Source of the DNA: a virus
Strand: one strand, 5' to 3'
Length of the DNA stretch: 64,000 nt
IMG/VR virus record: IMGVR_UViG_3300042868_011620
Coordinates: 1 to 64,000 of that record
The position numbers were made by a program, and so were the translations under genes. This document shows positions 27,795 through 37,644 of the stretch, one piece after another. Within the stretch, counting starts at the first letter, position 1. The number at the start of each line of letters is the position of its first letter. The notes beneath the pieces were generated by a model. It was not told the origin of the DNA. It searched no databases and was given only the letters and a program-made list of their open reading frames with translations.

Positions 27795-28064
27795 ATGGAC
27801 GAACCACAACAAGAATATTTATGCTCAAGCGCTAACTGGGAGGTATCAGTATCGGCAAAATCTGCTGAAGAAGCAGCATCACTGGCAGTTCAAAAAATAG
27901 TCGATGGTTCAAAAGTTGTAAACTTTCCAATTGGAGCTATGATTGTTGTTATACCAATTTTGAAAGATCTGGAAAATTTACATATGATTTATGCTCCTAA
28001 AATCTTGGCAGACGTTGGTCTTCATGAATTCTCATCAGATTTAATCAAATTTATAAATGAATAA
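27795..28064 (+). CDS. Hypothetical protein
   Basis: First ORF of the rightward operon; VSAKSAEEAA motif common in small phage proteins. Confidence 0.6.
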   Translation: MDEPQQEYLCSSANWEVSVSAKSAEEAASLAVQKIVDGSKVVNFPIGAMIVVIPILKDLENLHMIYAPKILADVGLHEFSSDLIKFINE

Positions 28065-28560
28065 ACTTAAAGTCAATAACATTTCTTTGATTAGCCCTCC
28101 ATCTAATGGAGATGTTGGCTATGATATTTTCGCAAATTCAGAACCAAATATTGTTGGTGAATACACTGAATCACTAGGTTATACTCACATTGATTATATT
28201 GAGTATGACTCTGGATTGATTATTGATCCAGGATCTGATCATCATACTTTGCTTTTTCCCAGATCTTCAATTTCAACTAAAAATCTTGCTCTCTGCAATA
28301 GTGTTGGAGTTATTGATTCTAGCTATAGAGGAACTATCAAAGTAAGGTTCAAATACATTCCTTCTCCAGAAGATGTTAATAATATTGGACGATTCGTTGC
28401 TAGACACGCTATTGATATCAATCCTCAGTATATTTATAAAAAAGGTGATAAAATCGCACAATTAGTTTTCCAGAAATCAAATTTTGTTGAGCTTGAACAG
28501 TGCGATTCTTTTGAACCAACACAAAGAGGAGAGGGGGGCTTTGGTAGCACAGGAGTATGA
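28057..28560 (+). CDS. dut: dUTPase (trimeric)
   Basis: GDVGYD, PRSS, GVIDSSYRG, KIAQLV, RGEGGFGSTG. Confidence 0.93.
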   Translation: MNKLKVNNISLISPPSNGDVGYDIFANSEPNIVGEYTESLGYTHIDYIEYDSGLIIDPGSDHHTLLFPRSSISTKNLALCNSVGVIDSSYRGTIKVRFKYIPSPEDVNNIGRFVARHAIDINPQYIYKKGDKIAQLVFQKSNFVELEQCDSFEPTQRGEGGFGSTGV

Positions 28561-29135
28561 ACGATAGAATTATTGGAATTTGTGGACCAGCTAGAAGTGG
28601 CAAAGATACTTTAGCTGATAGCTTCGTTGAAATTTTTAAAGAGTATAAAGTTAAAACTCAAAAATTATCTTTTGCTAAAGAATTGAAGTATGAATGTAAA
28701 AGTTTTGTTAAAAAAACTTTAGGCATTGACATTTTCACAGAAGTTACAGAAGAAAAAGATATTATTCGGCCACTTTTGGTAACATGGGGAACTCATGTAA
28801 GGCGCAAGCTAAATGATAACGTTTGGATTGAGGCTCTTGAAAAAAGAATGCATTCTAACAAAATAGTAATCATTAGCGATGTTAGATTTGAGAATGAATT
28901 TAATTGGGTAAAAGAGCGAGGTGGAAAAATTGTATTTATTAATAGAACTCTTCCAGATGGAACTTTAGTTCCAAATGCAAATGAAGATGAAGAAAAAAAC
29001 AATTCTTTCTTGCAAAAGAATGCTGATTCGGCTTTTACATGGGACACTATGAATGATGAAAGATGGATTCAAGCTATTTCTCATACAATTTTAACAGGGA
29101 TTGTTCCTAAAGATTGGATTAACCGTGGACTCTGA
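28557..29135 (+). CDS. Deoxynucleoside monophosphate kinase
   Basis: IIGICGPARSGKDT, SFAKELK, R.LL..WGT, IISDVRFENE. Confidence 0.85.
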   Translation: MNDRIIGICGPARSGKDTLADSFVEIFKEYKVKTQKLSFAKELKYECKSFVKKTLGIDIFTEVTEEKDIIRPLLVTWGTHVRRKLNDNVWIEALEKRMHSNKIVIISDVRFENEFNWVKERGGKIVFINRTLPDGTLVPNANEDEEKNNSFLQKNADSAFTWDTMNDERWIQAISHTILTGIVPKDWINRGL

Positions 29136-29691
29136 TTTATCTCTCATCAATAAAATTAAAGAGAATCGTGATGATGAAAGTTTAAAAGAACTCATCAATC
29201 GCCACTCTGGGATTTATTTAGAAATGGTTAATCGTGTTATTCCAGACTATTCTGGCATTGTTAATAAGCATGATGTTTTGCTGGAAAAAGATTTTACAAT
29301 CTATTGTGCTGCTTTAAAATATGAGCCAGATAGAAACACAAAATTCTCTACTCACCTAGCAAATGAAACAAGATGGAAGTGCTTAAATCTTTATAATAAA
29401 AATAAAAAAATGATGGAAGATCCTCTTGATAAAATTATTTTAGAACCTTTCTGCGAAGACTTCACAAAATCTATTCACAAGCAAGAATTAATTCAAAGCA
29501 TTCTTGATTATGCAAAAAAATATCCTGATGCGAGAGTGAGAAAAATGATTGACATGAGGTATGATTCAATGTACAATAAAGTCGTTCCTTGGAAATTAAT
29601 CGCTAAAGAACTCGGCATGAGTATTCAAGGATGTATAGACATTCACAATAAATTCATTATTAAAGCCAAAAAAGAACTAAATTATGTATAA
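29125..29691 (+). CDS. Sigma-factor-like protein
   Basis: D..LI..IK...SLKELINRH; AALKYEPDRNTKFSTHL (region 2.3); C-terminal HTH WKLIAKELGMS; probable GTG start. Confidence 0.75.
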   Translation: MDSDLSLINKIKENRDDESLKELINRHSGIYLEMVNRVIPDYSGIVNKHDVLLEKDFTIYCAALKYEPDRNTKFSTHLANETRWKCLNLYNKNKKMMEDPLDKIILEPFCEDFTKSIHKQELIQSILDYAKKYPDARVRKMIDMRYDSMYNKVVPWKLIAKELGMSIQGCIDIHNKFIIKAKKELNYV

Positions 29692-30124
29692 TAAAATCAT
29701 CGGAATTGGAAACGTAGTAAAAGACCCAGAATCACGAACAATCTCTACTGGCAAGCAAGTCTGCACGTTGAGAGTTTGCATCTCTGACTCTCAAGCTAAA
29801 AATAAATGTTTTATTGACTGCGAGTGCTGGGATAGGCTTGCCGAAATTTGCATGGAATTTTTAAAGAAAGGAAAAGAAATTATGATTGAGGGAGAGCTTT
29901 GCATGTCTTCTTGGACTGGAAAAGACGGCTCTACTCAAAATAAACCATATATTCGAGCGGACAAAGTTAAGTTTATGAATTCATCTCAAAAGCAGACGGT
30001 TAAACCTGAAGGTGAAAATTTTGCAGATTCAAAATCTGATGAAAAAAATACAACCACAAAACCTAAACAATCCAACCAAGATCAATCTGAAGATGTCGAT
30101 GGTGGCTGGAATATTCCATTCTAA
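29684..30124 (+). CDS. ssb: Single-stranded DNA-binding protein
   Basis: NKIIGIGNVVKDPE, W..LAE...FLKKG..IEGEL...W, acidic tail ending IPF. Confidence 0.92.
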   Translation: MYNKIIGIGNVVKDPESRTISTGKQVCTLRVCISDSQAKNKCFIDCECWDRLAEICMEFLKKGKEIMIEGELCMSSWTGKDGSTQNKPYIRADKVKFMNSSQKQTVKPEGENFADSKSDEKNTTTKPKQSNQDQSEDVDGGWNIPF

Positions 30125-31197
30125 TGAAACTCCTAGTACAAGCAGCCCTTAATAGTTTAAGTTTCGGAAATGTCAGCGTCAACATTCTTAAAGAATTTTT
30201 CAATAAAAATATTGAAATCGGTTTGTTTCCTTTTGGGAATGTTGATTTGTCAGTTTTCAATTTATCTAACGAATTTAAAGAATTTCTTCAAAAGTCTATC
30301 AATCAAAGATTTGATGCCTTAAAAAAAGATGTTCCAGCATTTAAGCTGTGGCATTTGAATAGTTCTGATGATCGCAAAAATCCTAATCAGAATCTTTTAA
30401 CATTCTACGAGTGTAGTGAACCAACAAAAACTGAAGTAGCTATTGCTCAAGCTCAAGATAAAATCTTTTTTAGCTCAACTTATGCTCAAAATAAATTCAT
30501 TGATCTTGGATGTGAAAATACTAGTTTTGTGCCTATGGGTTTCGATCCTGATCTTCACATCACAAATAAAAAGTATTTAGATGTAGTTCACTTTGGTTTG
30601 ATGGGTAAATTTGAGCATCGAAAGCATACTGAAAAAATTATTAAAACTTGGCTTAATAAGTATGGAAATAATAATGAATATCAGCTTTCTTGCTGTGTTA
30701 CTAACCCATTTTTCAAACCAGAGCAAATGCAAGCTATCATTAACAATTTGTTACAAGGAAAAAGATATACTAATATTAATTTTATTCCTTACCTACAAAC
30801 TAATCAAGAAGTCAATGAATTTTTAAATGCTATTGATATTGATTTGACTGGTTTGAGTGGGGCTGAAGGTTGGAATCTTCCAGCATTCAATGCTACTTGT
30901 TTAGGCAAATGGTCAATTGTTTTGAATGAAACATCTCATAAAGACTGGGCAACATCTGAGAATTCTATTTTGGTTGAATCAGATGGAAAAATTCCAGCGC
31001 ACGATGGAGTTTTCTTCTTGAAAGGACACGAATTTAATCAAGGTGAATTTTACTCTTGGAGCGAAGAAGCTGTGGTTGCAGCCATGGAATCTGCGGTTAA
31101 AAAATACAAAGTCTCTAATGTTTCTGGAATTGAAATGAGCAAAAAATTCTCGTATAAAAATACAGCTGAAATTATTTTAGATAAAGTTTTTTCTTGA
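30124..31197 (+). CDS. GT-B (family 4-like) glycosyltransferase
   Basis: GKFEHRKH, SGAEGWNLPAFNA motif. Confidence 0.78.
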   Translation: MKLLVQAALNSLSFGNVSVNILKEFFNKNIEIGLFPFGNVDLSVFNLSNEFKEFLQKSINQRFDALKKDVPAFKLWHLNSSDDRKNPNQNLLTFYECSEPTKTEVAIAQAQDKIFFSSTYAQNKFIDLGCENTSFVPMGFDPDLHITNKKYLDVVHFGLMGKFEHRKHTEKIIKTWLNKYGNNNEYQLSCCVTNPFFKPEQMQAIINNLLQGKRYTNINFIPYLQTNQEVNEFLNAIDIDLTGLSGAEGWNLPAFNATCLGKWSIVLNETSHKDWATSENSILVESDGKIPAHDGVFFLKGHEFNQGEFYSWSEEAVVAAMESAVKKYKVSNVSGIEMSKKFSYKNTAEIILDKVFS

Positions 31198-31222
31198 CTT
31201 TTAATTAAAAATATATTAATAT
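31194..31222 (+). promoter_or_regulatory. Sigma70-like promoter TTGACT-17-TAATAT
   Basis: 35 nt before ATG 31229. Confidence 0.55.
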
Positions 31223-31228
31223 AATTAT

Positions 31229-31570
31229 ATGATAGACAATAAAACTGAACAATACTTTAATAGCCTTCTATATCCAGAAAGCAATTGTTGCTTTAATGGA
31301 GCGGTTAAAATTAAGACTCTTGAAAATCATTATGAAGCATTGATGATTATGCCTGGCTCTGAAAAAACAGAGGTTAATATCACCGCATCCAGTAGTCTTC
31401 TTGAAGCAAAAAGCTCAAATCTTGATTATCCTTATGGATATCAAATCAAGCTTTCTAAACTGGTTGACGTTGAAAAGATTTCATCCTCTCTTAAAAACGG
31501 AGTCTTGAAAATTACAATGCCTAAACAAAAACTTCAAGCTTCTGATAAGTTTAAAGTTCCAATCTCGTAA
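31229..31570 (+). CDS. Small heat shock protein (Hsp20/alpha-crystallin)
   Basis: MPG.EK.EVNIT, VDVEKISSSLKNGVLKITMPK, VPI tail. Confidence 0.85.
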   Translation: MIDNKTEQYFNSLLYPESNCCFNGAVKIKTLENHYEALMIMPGSEKTEVNITASSSLLEAKSSNLDYPYGYQIKLSKLVDVEKISSSLKNGVLKITMPKQKLQASDKFKVPIS

Positions 31571-31595
31571 GTCGGCTAATAAATAAACAAATAAT

Positions 31596-31626
31596 AAAAC
31601 AGGTAGTGAAAACTACCTGTTTTTTT
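31596..31626 (+). terminator. Rho-independent terminator
   Basis: aaaacaggtagt-gaaa-actacctgtttt plus T-run. Confidence 0.85.
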
Positions 31627-31636
31627 ATTATATAGT

Positions 31637-32026
31637 ATGCCCCTTTACATTTACCTCAATGAATCAACAAATGAATATCGCGAAATTCTCCAAGGAATGA
31701 ATGATCCTCACGAATACTTTGGAGAAGAGGATGAACTCAATGAGCCTTGGCAGCGCGTTTTTACCATTCCCAATGCATCCATTGATACTCAGATCGATCC
31801 ATTTAACTCTAATCAATTTGTGGACCGTACAGCCTCTAAAAAGGGTTCCTATGGAGATATGCTCGACTACAGCTCAGAGATGAGTCAGCGTCGTGCAGAT
31901 CAAGCTGGAGGAGTTGATCCTGTTAAAGAAAAGTACTTTAAAGACTATTCACAAAAGAGAAAAGGAGCTAAACACTTTGAACAAATGAAAACATTTGAGA
32001 GCAAAGGAATTGAGGTTAAATACTAA
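31637..32026 (+). CDS. FmdB-like zinc-ribbon-family protein without cysteines
   Basis: MPLYIY...E.LQ.MND...WQRVF matches the FmdB pattern MPxYxYxC..C, but the protein has no Cys. Confidence 0.5.
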   Translation: MPLYIYLNESTNEYREILQGMNDPHEYFGEEDELNEPWQRVFTIPNASIDTQIDPFNSNQFVDRTASKKGSYGDMLDYSSEMSQRRADQAGGVDPVKEKYFKDYSQKRKGAKHFEQMKTFESKGIEVKY

Positions 32027-34713
32027 AAAGTAGACAAGAAAACTCTTCCCCATCCACTTCCAGCAGTGCCAGTACAAATGTAAAGACCAGATCCGCTAAC
32101 TGCCATTTCTCCAAATTTTCCAGTTTGACTAGATAACCCAGCAAAAGCTGGCAGGCTGAAATAAGTTCCAGCTGCGAAGTCTAATGTACAAGCATTTGCG
32201 GCTCTTGATAAGTGTACTCTATTATCGCCATCAGCTATTACTGTAGATCCACTATGAGAAGCTGGAATTGAAGCTCTTCTTCCTCCTAAAATACTTGAAA
32301 AATCTCCACTGGTAATATGTTTAGTGCCTCCCACAATAGTTGTGTACCTGCCACTAGAGGTATTTTCTTGACCTCCACCAATGAATGAATTTTCTCCGCT
32401 AGTGATTACATTAACCCATCCTCCTCCAATAGTTGAATATTGACCGCTAGAAGTATTCTCTCTTCCTCCTGCTATAACACTATTAATTCCAGACTTAATC
32501 TGATTGCCAGATCCGCCAACAATAACTGAATACTCGCCAGTAACATAGTTTGCGCCACCACCCCCAATAAATAATTTATTACCTCCGCAAACATTAGCTG
32601 ATCCACCTACTATAGAATTATGATTTCCAGTTGTAATTGCATTAACCTCTCCTCCACCAAGAACTGAATAATTTGCAGATGTGGTATTTTCAGATCCTCC
32701 ACCAATAGATGTATAAGATCCAGAAAGTATATTGTTTTCTCCTCCATTAATATTTGATATATCTGAATTGATTTCATTACCAAGTCCACCATTAATGCAT
32801 GAATTTGCACCAAAAGCGTTAATTGTATTATTATTTCCTCCATTAATATTTGAATTACTACCGTAAACTTTGTTTCCTTGTCCACCACCAATGAATGAAT
32901 AACCTCCAAGAATAATTTCATTACTATATCCGCCTAACACTGCCGAATTACTTCCACTACAAGTATTGTATTGACCTCCACCTACGATGCTATAATTTCC
33001 ACTTTTAATAACATTATTATTTCCAGCACCAATAAATGAATGCGTTCCGCTGTTTTTATTGTAAGTCCCCGCTCCAATTAATGAAAAATCTCCTTTAATA
33101 TCATTAACTGCTCCTCCCATTATAGCGCTATAATCTCCACTTGTAATAGTATTATTACTGCCAGCAACAATTGCTGTGGCTAATCCACTTGAACTATTAG
33201 CTTCTCCACCACCAATGAATGAATAGTCTCCATTAATAATTATATTTGTGTATCCCCCACCAACAAATGAATAATTTGCATTTGCTGTATTAGATAGTCC
33301 CGCAGCAATAGATGAAGATACTCCACTTGCCGAATTAGCCTTGCCAGCACCAATAAAAGCACCGCTTCCGCGTGCTATATTATCTTCCCCGCCGCCAATG
33401 AATGAAAATCCTCCATTGGATCGATTATTTTCGCCACCACAAATTGTGGAGTTTATACCACTAGTTTTATTAAAAGCCCCGCCTCCTATAAATGATAAAG
33501 TTCCACTAATAAAATTACCGCCACCCGCCATGATAGCGCTATAGTCTCCAATTACAATAGTATTATTGCTTCCAGCAACAATTGCCGCTCCTGATGCATT
33601 TACAGAATTAGCTTCTCCCCCCCCAATAAATGAATGAATTCCGCTTGTGATTGTATTACCTCCTCCTCCTCCAATAAATGCAAAGTTTCCATTTGCCATA
33701 TTACCAAATCCCGCAACAACAGATGAAGATGCTCCACTTGTAGAGTTAAATTGTCCAGCTCCAATAAAAGCATCACTTCCAATTGCTATATTATGTTCTC
33801 CACCACCAATAAAATTAAAAGCTCCATTTGATCGATTATCCTCGCCGCCACATATAGTAGAGTTTGTCCCGCTAGTAATGTTGAGTTCTCCTCCTCCAAT
33901 AAAAGAGTATTGGTCATTTATTCTATTTCCAGAACCCCCAACAATTGATGAATAGTTTGCTATTGTAGTATTTCTAAGTCCTCCCCCAATAAATGAATTA
34001 GCTCCACTGTTAATTCCACTAACTCCTCCAACTATACTAGCATATAATCCGCTATTGAAATTCCCAGATCCTCCACCAATAAAACTATAATCTTTTATAT
34101 TTATATTACCAGATCCTGCGCCAATAAATGAATTTTTTCCGCTTACTCTATTATTTTCTCCATTAACAATTGTGGAATATTCACCATGCGTAGTATTTAA
34201 ATATCCACCACCAATAAAAGAATTTGCTCCACTTGTTGTATTAAATCCTCCTGCTGCCACATACGATCCCGCGCCAACTTGAGAGTTGGAATTTGCAGTA
34301 TTTTTAATTTGATTTTGAAATGTTTTAAATCCTGATATATTTTGAGTTCCACTTGTAACTACAACATTAAGCGGATTAACTGCAATCGCATCAGATGAAA
34401 CTGTAATTCCATAACCAGTTCCAATATTTAATGTAATATCTCCAACTAATTGCCCACCCCCCACTAGTCCACTTCCAGCAATTACTAGTCTATCTGCGCG
34501 AAGTGCATGTTGAGTCGAGTTTGCTTGAGTAATTAAAAAAACTGGATTATTAAAATATTTCTCTCCAGTAATAAATTGATTTCCAGTTTTAGCAACAACT
34601 CCCCCCGCGTCCCAATTAACTGATCCGTTATTTCCCAGAGTAATTGGATTAGCTCCACTTTGATTTAAAACAAATGGATATGTTACGCTTACTTGTGTTG
34701 GACCTAAGTTCAT
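32023..34713 (-). CDS. Gly-rich beta-helical tail fibre/adhesin
   Basis: Dozens of 14-15-aa S[FA]I[GV]GGxxNxxxG repeats; N-terminal TGNQFITGEK and SGTQNISGFKTF fibre motifs. Confidence 0.8.
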   Translation of the reverse strand: MNLGPTQVSVTYPFVLNQSGANPITLGNNGSVNWDAGGVVAKTGNQFITGEKYFNNPVFLITQANSTQHALRADRLVIAGSGLVGGGQLVGDITLNIGTGYGITVSSDAIAVNPLNVVVTSGTQNISGFKTFQNQIKNTANSNSQVGAGSYVAAGGFNTTSGANSFIGGGYLNTTHGEYSTIVNGENNRVSGKNSFIGAGSGNINIKDYSFIGGGSGNFNSGLYASIVGGVSGINSGANSFIGGGLRNTTIANYSSIVGGSGNRINDQYSFIGGGELNITSGTNSTICGGEDNRSNGAFNFIGGGEHNIAIGSDAFIGAGQFNSTSGASSSVVAGFGNMANGNFAFIGGGGGNTITSGIHSFIGGGEANSVNASGAAIVAGSNNTIVIGDYSAIMAGGGNFISGTLSFIGGGAFNKTSGINSTICGGENNRSNGGFSFIGGGEDNIARGSGAFIGAGKANSASGVSSSIAAGLSNTANANYSFVGGGYTNIIINGDYSFIGGGEANSSSGLATAIVAGSNNTITSGDYSAIMGGAVNDIKGDFSLIGAGTYNKNSGTHSFIGAGNNNVIKSGNYSIVGGGQYNTCSGSNSAVLGGYSNEIILGGYSFIGGGQGNKVYGSNSNINGGNNNTINAFGANSCINGGLGNEINSDISNINGGENNILSGSYTSIGGGSENTTSANYSVLGGGEVNAITTGNHNSIVGGSANVCGGNKLFIGGGGANYVTGEYSVIVGGSGNQIKSGINSVIAGGRENTSSGQYSTIGGGWVNVITSGENSFIGGGQENTSSGRYTTIVGGTKHITSGDFSSILGGRRASIPASHSGSTVIADGDNRVHLSRAANACTLDFAAGTYFSLPAFAGLSSQTGKFGEMAVSGSGLYICTGTAGSGWGRVFLSTF

Positions 34714-34729
34714 ACTAATTTTTACACAT

Positions 34730-35920
34730 TTATTCTAAAGATTGCCAATTAACATTAATTGAACTCCATAAATTAGGTATTGTGTCCCACAGGGTTGGTT
34801 TTACTATTCTATCAATATAAAATCCTTTAGAATCATTCGTTTCTACTGAAAACTGCGCTGTAAAATTTAAAATATTATTAACAGCTATTGAATAATTAAA
34901 ATTATCGAGTTTAGCATTTGTTATACTGTAAAATCCAGTAGCAAATTTTGTTGGCTCTGAAAATAATATATCAAAATTATAACCACTTTCATTGTATAAC
35001 ATTCCACTTAAAAATCCACTTGAGAATCCAGAAACTTGAGCGGATAAACTTACTGATCCATTGATTGGATACTCTAACTTTCTGTTATAAACGTAATTAC
35101 TTCCTAGTCCATAAAGTGGAGTTCTTGGCAAATTAAAATTTAAGGATAAATTTTGCAATATAGGTTTAGATTGACTTGATAAAGCAACTCCTCCAACCTG
35201 TAAATTCTGTAAAGAGAATGTGCAATAAGATGGAACAGCTACTGGTTGATTATATTCTGTTTTGCCATTTGTTAGTCCCGTAACAAAATTTCCAGTTAAT
35301 GAAGAGTAAAGTCCAGATAAATTTAACGAACCAGCATTAATAGAATTTCCGCTGATGCTATTAATGGCTGGAATAGTGATTGAGTTTCCAGTTAAAACAT
35401 CAAATTTCATATTAGAAGCTTCAAATCCAACTGAAACTTTAGGTATTTGATTTAAACTAAAATCAACACTATACTTATTTAAATAGCAATTTCCAAAAGA
35501 TAAAACATTAAATCCACTATAGCTAGTGCTTGTGATACTTGGATTTTTAGGCTGATCAAACGCATCTCTAAGATCTTCTGGATCAACAACAATATAAAAA
35601 TTGTTGTTGTTGTTTTTCATATTAACAAATGCGCCAATATTAGCAGCACTTTTCTTCTGAAAATTCATTGCTAATTCGTTACTAATATAAGGCGATAAAT
35701 AATAATCAAAAGATAATTCTATATTTGGCGCTCTAACAAGATCATTAACAGAGTAGTCTTGACTTCCGATTTGTTTTAATTTTTGCCTCTCATTAGTAAC
35801 TGAAAAATTACAGTTTTGAACCAACGGAAATAATCGTGCAGAATCATTACCAGTCGTCCATGATGGAGACTGACCAATAGCTACAAATGCTGAATTGCTT
35901 TTTAAAATGGTTCTATTCAT
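34730..35920 (-). CDS. Tail-tube-like protein (paralogue of the major tail protein)
   Basis: VQNCNFSVTNERQ..QIG, FDYYL, GNCYLNKYSVD..IPKVSVGFEASN and LPRTPLYGLGS align by eye with 50262-51416. Confidence 0.7.
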   Translation of the reverse strand: MNRTILKSNSAFVAIGQSPSWTTGNDSARLFPLVQNCNFSVTNERQKLKQIGSQDYSVNDLVRAPNIELSFDYYLSPYISNELAMNFQKKSAANIGAFVNMKNNNNNFYIVVDPEDLRDAFDQPKNPSITSTSYSGFNVLSFGNCYLNKYSVDFSLNQIPKVSVGFEASNMKFDVLTGNSITIPAINSISGNSINAGSLNLSGLYSSLTGNFVTGLTNGKTEYNQPVAVPSYCTFSLQNLQVGGVALSSQSKPILQNLSLNFNLPRTPLYGLGSNYVYNRKLEYPINGSVSLSAQVSGFSSGFLSGMLYNESGYNFDILFSEPTKFATGFYSITNAKLDNFNYSIAVNNILNFTAQFSVETNDSKGFYIDRIVKPTLWDTIPNLWSSINVNWQSLE

Positions 35921-36858
35921 GAGCCTGTTGGTACTATTCCTAGCGGATCTTCAATTAATGACACTTCTAAATCATGAGAATTACTATAATTCCAAGTGTG
36001 ACTCCAAGATGGAGAGTAGAATACTTTCAATCTATTATACACTGATGGAGGATCACTATAGAATCTGCGATATCCACCTTTGTTTTCTAAGAAATGTAAA
36101 ATAGCTTTAGCTTTTTTGCTAGAAGCTTTGTCAAATTTATAAGAAAAATCTGTTGTGGCTATGTTTGTTCTTGTTTTCATTCTTTGAACAAATGAATTTT
36201 TAAATTCAATCTTATCAACCTTTAAAGCTACGCTATTCTGCATAGCAACATCTGGTTCAAAAAAGAAATATTGAGACCACTTTGTTTGACTTCCAGTTGG
36301 TCCATCAACAGCAGGATCTAAACCAGTATGATCTCCCGAACAATAATAATAGTTATCAAGCTTATTGGAGCTAGTTGGAAAATAAGCTATATCATATTTC
36401 TCATAAATTCTATTAGCTTCCCAAGCTTCAAGGGGAGCATTTATAAAAGTCATTCCAGACCAGTTTAATAAATTCGGAGCCTCATCAACTTGTAGAGATA
36501 AGTCAATCTCATAATGATTTTTATTAACATGATTGATAGAATAGTTATCAATTACTCCAGAAATTGTTTTATAAAAATCAGATGCATCTGAGAAAGGAAG
36601 CAAAGTGGTTCCATTTTTGTTCTCAACATAATTTATTAATTTTTGTGCGTTGAGTTCATTTAGCTCAAATTTTAATTGATACTCTGCGGTTAAGCTATTA
36701 ACTGATAATGGAATAAAATTATAATATCCATTATGAGTTTCGTAAGAATAATAAGTGCTTTTGAAATTTATTTTTGATCCATATGATGGAGTAAAAGTTA
36801 AATCTGTAATAGGAACAATTCCACTAATATTAGAATCTCTATTGTAAAAAGCGCTCAT
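35917..36858 (-). CDS. Minor tail protein (duplicated lambda gpM/distal-tail-like domains)
   Basis: F.PSY/F.PD starts and KAILHFLENKGG/KLINYVENKNG repeated halves; located downstream of the tape measure. Confidence 0.6.
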   Translation of the reverse strand: MSAFYNRDSNISGIVPITDLTFTPSYGSKINFKSTYYSYETHNGYYNFIPLSVNSLTAEYQLKFELNELNAQKLINYVENKNGTTLLPFSDASDFYKTISGVIDNYSINHVNKNHYEIDLSLQVDEAPNLLNWSGMTFINAPLEAWEANRIYEKYDIAYFPTSSNKLDNYYYCSGDHTGLDPAVDGPTGSQTKWSQYFFFEPDVAMQNSVALKVDKIEFKNSFVQRMKTRTNIATTDFSYKFDKASSKKAKAILHFLENKGGYRRFYSDPPSVYNRLKVFYSPSWSHTWNYSNSHDLEVSLIEDPLGIVPTGS

Positions 36859-37643
36859 GAGTGACCAATAAAGTTTAATGTTAATCTTACACCACCATCA
36901 GCACTACTAGAAAGGCGTTCAGATACTAAAGATGCATTTGGTATACTTATAGCTTGAAGAGTATTAGTTAATGTTTTATCTTTTATAGAAAACTCAACTG
37001 TTTTGTATTGGCGAATTGTTAAAAATTCAAAAGAATTTTGAAGAAAAGCGTCATCAACATCAATTTGCACAGATGCTGAATATTGCGTGGGAGCAACTGT
37101 AACTACTTCGTAAGGATTTTTATCTCCAACAACGTAGATTGCTTTTTTGCTAATCTTAATTGCATAATCAAATCCAACAACTCTGTTAGTTGAAGAGTAG
37201 TCGCAAACTAAAGATATACTTCCTTGATTAGGAATATAAATAGAGGGAGGTGGAACAGTTTGCGATGGAAGATCTTTAGTTACAATCTCATCGAATATAA
37301 CAAAATTAGTAGAAACTTTAGGTATTGATCCTATAGCACAATTAACCATATACTCAGTTAAATATCCATTAGAGAATCCGCACGATTTATCATTATACAC
37401 TAGGCCAGCCTCTACTACTCTTCCATCTACATAAGAATAAATTGGATCTGCATAAATTAAATTTCTAGAAACTGACAGCTGTTGAGAAGCTGCGCCTCCA
37501 ATTGATGTAAACGAGGAATTTCTTCCCAGCATGTTAGAAATAACTGCTGAATTAGTGTAGGATAAATCAAGACTTTCAATTCCTAATATTTCCTGATCAA
37601 GAATGAATAATCGATTATCGTAGATATTAGTAGAATCAAACAT
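36855..37643 (-). CDS. Tail-tube-like protein (second paralogue)
   Basis: NGYLTEYMVNCAIGSIPKVSTNF matches NAYITNYSLDASVGNLPTVSVSF of the major tail protein; adjacent to the tape measure. Confidence 0.6.
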   Translation of the reverse strand: MFDSTNIYDNRLFILDQEILGIESLDLSYTNSAVISNMLGRNSSFTSIGGAASQQLSVSRNLIYADPIYSYVDGRVVEAGLVYNDKSCGFSNGYLTEYMVNCAIGSIPKVSTNFVIFDEIVTKDLPSQTVPPPSIYIPNQGSISLVCDYSSTNRVVGFDYAIKISKKAIYVVGDKNPYEVVTVAPTQYSASVQIDVDDAFLQNSFEFLTIRQYKTVEFSIKDKTLTNTLQAISIPNASLVSERLSSSADGGVRLTLNFIGHS

Positions 37644-37644
37644 A

